Assembly: GCA_044892525.1 (NCBI GenBank)
Contig: CM097886.1
Location: 134,912,001 to 134,976,000 of the forward strand
DNA length: 64,000 nt
DNA from: Schmidtea polychroa
Lineage: Eukaryota
Direction of reading: 5' to 3'
Position 1 is the stretch's first letter. Each line of letters starts with the position of its first letter. Position numbers and translations under genes: made by a program. The notes under the pieces are model-generated. The model saw only the letters and a list, made by a program, of their open reading frames with translations. It was not told where the DNA came from and searched no databases. Shown piece after piece: positions 62,081 to 64,000 of the stretch.

Positions 62081-64000
62081 TAAGGCATCCAGTACCGGAC
62101 CATTTTTCCAGAACCGGGATTTTGGTACTGAATTTTTTTGGTCCCAGGATCCCAGTGCCAGCACCGAGACTGAGCGAAATTTCAAAATTTTTACCCAAAA
62201 TTTAAAATACCACACATATTTACACACATTTTTAAATCCATTAATAAAACATAGTTGAAAACTATAATAAATGAAATTAGGTGCAAACAGAGGAACTCAA
62301 ATTGACAGTCTTTTTTGTTTATTTATTCATTTAGCTTCCATCTTGAAATATCTTATTAATAAGGTCAAAATGTCTGTGCTCTCATTACTTAAAGATGATC
62401 ACTCTCGTTCAGGTTCTACGCTTATAGGTGGTATTGAATTCAAATTTTCATAACAACTATCAAGGTTAGCTCCACGTTTACCTTCGACTTCGAATATGGC
62501 CAATTCTTTTTTCACAATGTTTGTTACATCTTTCGCTGTTCGTGATTTGGAAATTAGTTTGGAATTCATTCTTTTATCAGTGGCTCTGGCGAGCTTCTCT
62601 TGCATGGACAACTGCTATTCGACTTTTCCTTTAGCTGCCTCACTGTCCGATTCGGATTCAAATGACTCTTTGCGATCAAGTGGCTTTGTCCGACCAGCAA
62701 CCATAGAAACATTCTTTGCTTTGTTTAGACGCTCAAAATTTAGGAGAGGATCCAATTCCAATTCAGTATAATTTTGGTTGCCTTTGTGCAGATCAGTGGC
62801 GTAGCAATAGGTTGTGCAGGTTGTGCACGGCACAAAGGCCCAGGACGAAAAATTAGTAAAATTTATACGTTCGAGCATTATAAATTCCCCGATTGTCATC
62901 AAACCAAGCATCGCTTTGGCGTTTGTTTTGTTTTTATTAAGACAACAACCACAGTTTGGACGGTTTATACATTTAATATTATTAGGAATCTATATTGGAT
63001 ATAGTTGTAAACCACATATGTCACATTTGTTCTTTCTTTTTATCATGTGATTCAATTTTATATTATGGTGAAATAAGCGTATGATCTGAGTTTTTTCTAA
63101 GAATTATGTTTCAATAAATTAGTGACAATAACAACAATTATTGTTCATTATATCATGATGGTACCTGGCATGTGCCCATTCTATATATAGAGAATACCGA
63201 GAAGTAACAAAATATCCTTTCAACCCAACCCGAAACGCTACTATTTCTGATTTAAAATGCGCAAATTTACTCAGAGAGTTGCTAATCACCTTCCCCCAAG
63301 CCTGCCTATGGTTTGGTTCCTCGGATCACTTCGTTCGACAAATATTTTGTGCGTCCCAAAATCTGCACAAGGGCCCCAGAAATCCTTGGTACGCCACTGG
63401 TGCAGATATTAAAGCAAACTTAAAACTTACGTTCGCCATTGATTCAATCGACGTAAAAGTGTTTCCTTCAGCCGAACGACTAAGTCACTGCTGCTCAAAT
63501 TATTTATCACGAATGAAATCGTTGTGTCAGCTGACAACAGTGTTGTGTCACGGCGACAAAGTGCTTCCACAGCTAACTTTATTGGTTCAAGTGTTGTTAC
63601 CAAATTTTGAATAATGTTCAGTTCTTCTTCAAATGAAATACTTGAACCAAGATCAATCAACGATTTTAAAATGATGTTTTTAACTTTATAGAAACTTTCC
63701 AGCATAGAAAGAAGACTGTTCCATCGTATCTTTACATCAATCATCATCTGAATTTCTTTTCCGAATTCTGGTTTGATGTATTTCTGGATAATGTCGTTTT
63801 TTGTTGGAGATCGACAAAATAGCTTACTTTACCGATGAATACATAAAGCTCATCATCGGTAAGTTCTGGCTCATCTTCTTTGCAAACAATTTGAAATCCG
63901 TCTTATTCACCTTCGTTGTCTGAATCGCTGTCATCGTTATCATCAACCTTTTCAATTGAGATAGAAACAGGTGTTTTGTAAAGGAAATCCACAACCGCCA
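62081..64000 (-). mobile_element. Decayed hAT transposon (3' part), running off the window end
   Basis: LAVVDFLYK...IDVKIRWNSLLSMLE...LEPIKLAVEALCRRD...KKELAIFE...SIPPISVEPER; GGTACC/CCGG-rich end near 62081-62160. Confidence 0.88.
62794..63399. mobile_element. 606-bp hAT MITE inserted into the hAT transposase
   Basis: CAGTGGCGTA...TACGCCACTG with an exact 8-bp TSD GTGCAGAT. Confidence 0.93.

Overview
Very AT-rich eukaryotic (probably invertebrate) scaffold with about ten N-gaps. The backbone is a plus-strand oxysterol-binding-protein-family gene (OSBP/ORP1-2-like). Six phase-compatible coding exons run from 9541 to 47932; its 5' exons were not located. The introns and flanks are packed with mobile DNA: an ORF-intact piggyBac, a Merlin element, a decayed CsRn1-like Gypsy element, four solo LTRs, and hAT, pogo, Tc1/mariner, MULE, Helitron-like and Chapaev-like remnants. 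Downstream lie a single-exon secreted BPI/TULIP-like gene and a single-exon Ser/Thr kinase. The standout object is a 13.2-kb near-perfect palindrome (10181-23418): two ~6.1-kb inverted arms around a 984-bp spacer, with AGTAG...CTACT termini and an exact 6-bp target-site duplication (AGCATT). These are Polinton/Maverick-type ends, but no Polinton core gene is recognisable. Each arm carries dense AP-1/CRE sites, subterminal tandem repeats, a shared promoter-like motif and a frameshifted IAP-type RING gene. I infer a copy-back (snap-back) defective Polinton genome that was integrated as a unit. A second notable feature is a 152-bp piece of a neighbouring host gene copied into a solo LTR between duplicated LTR segments.
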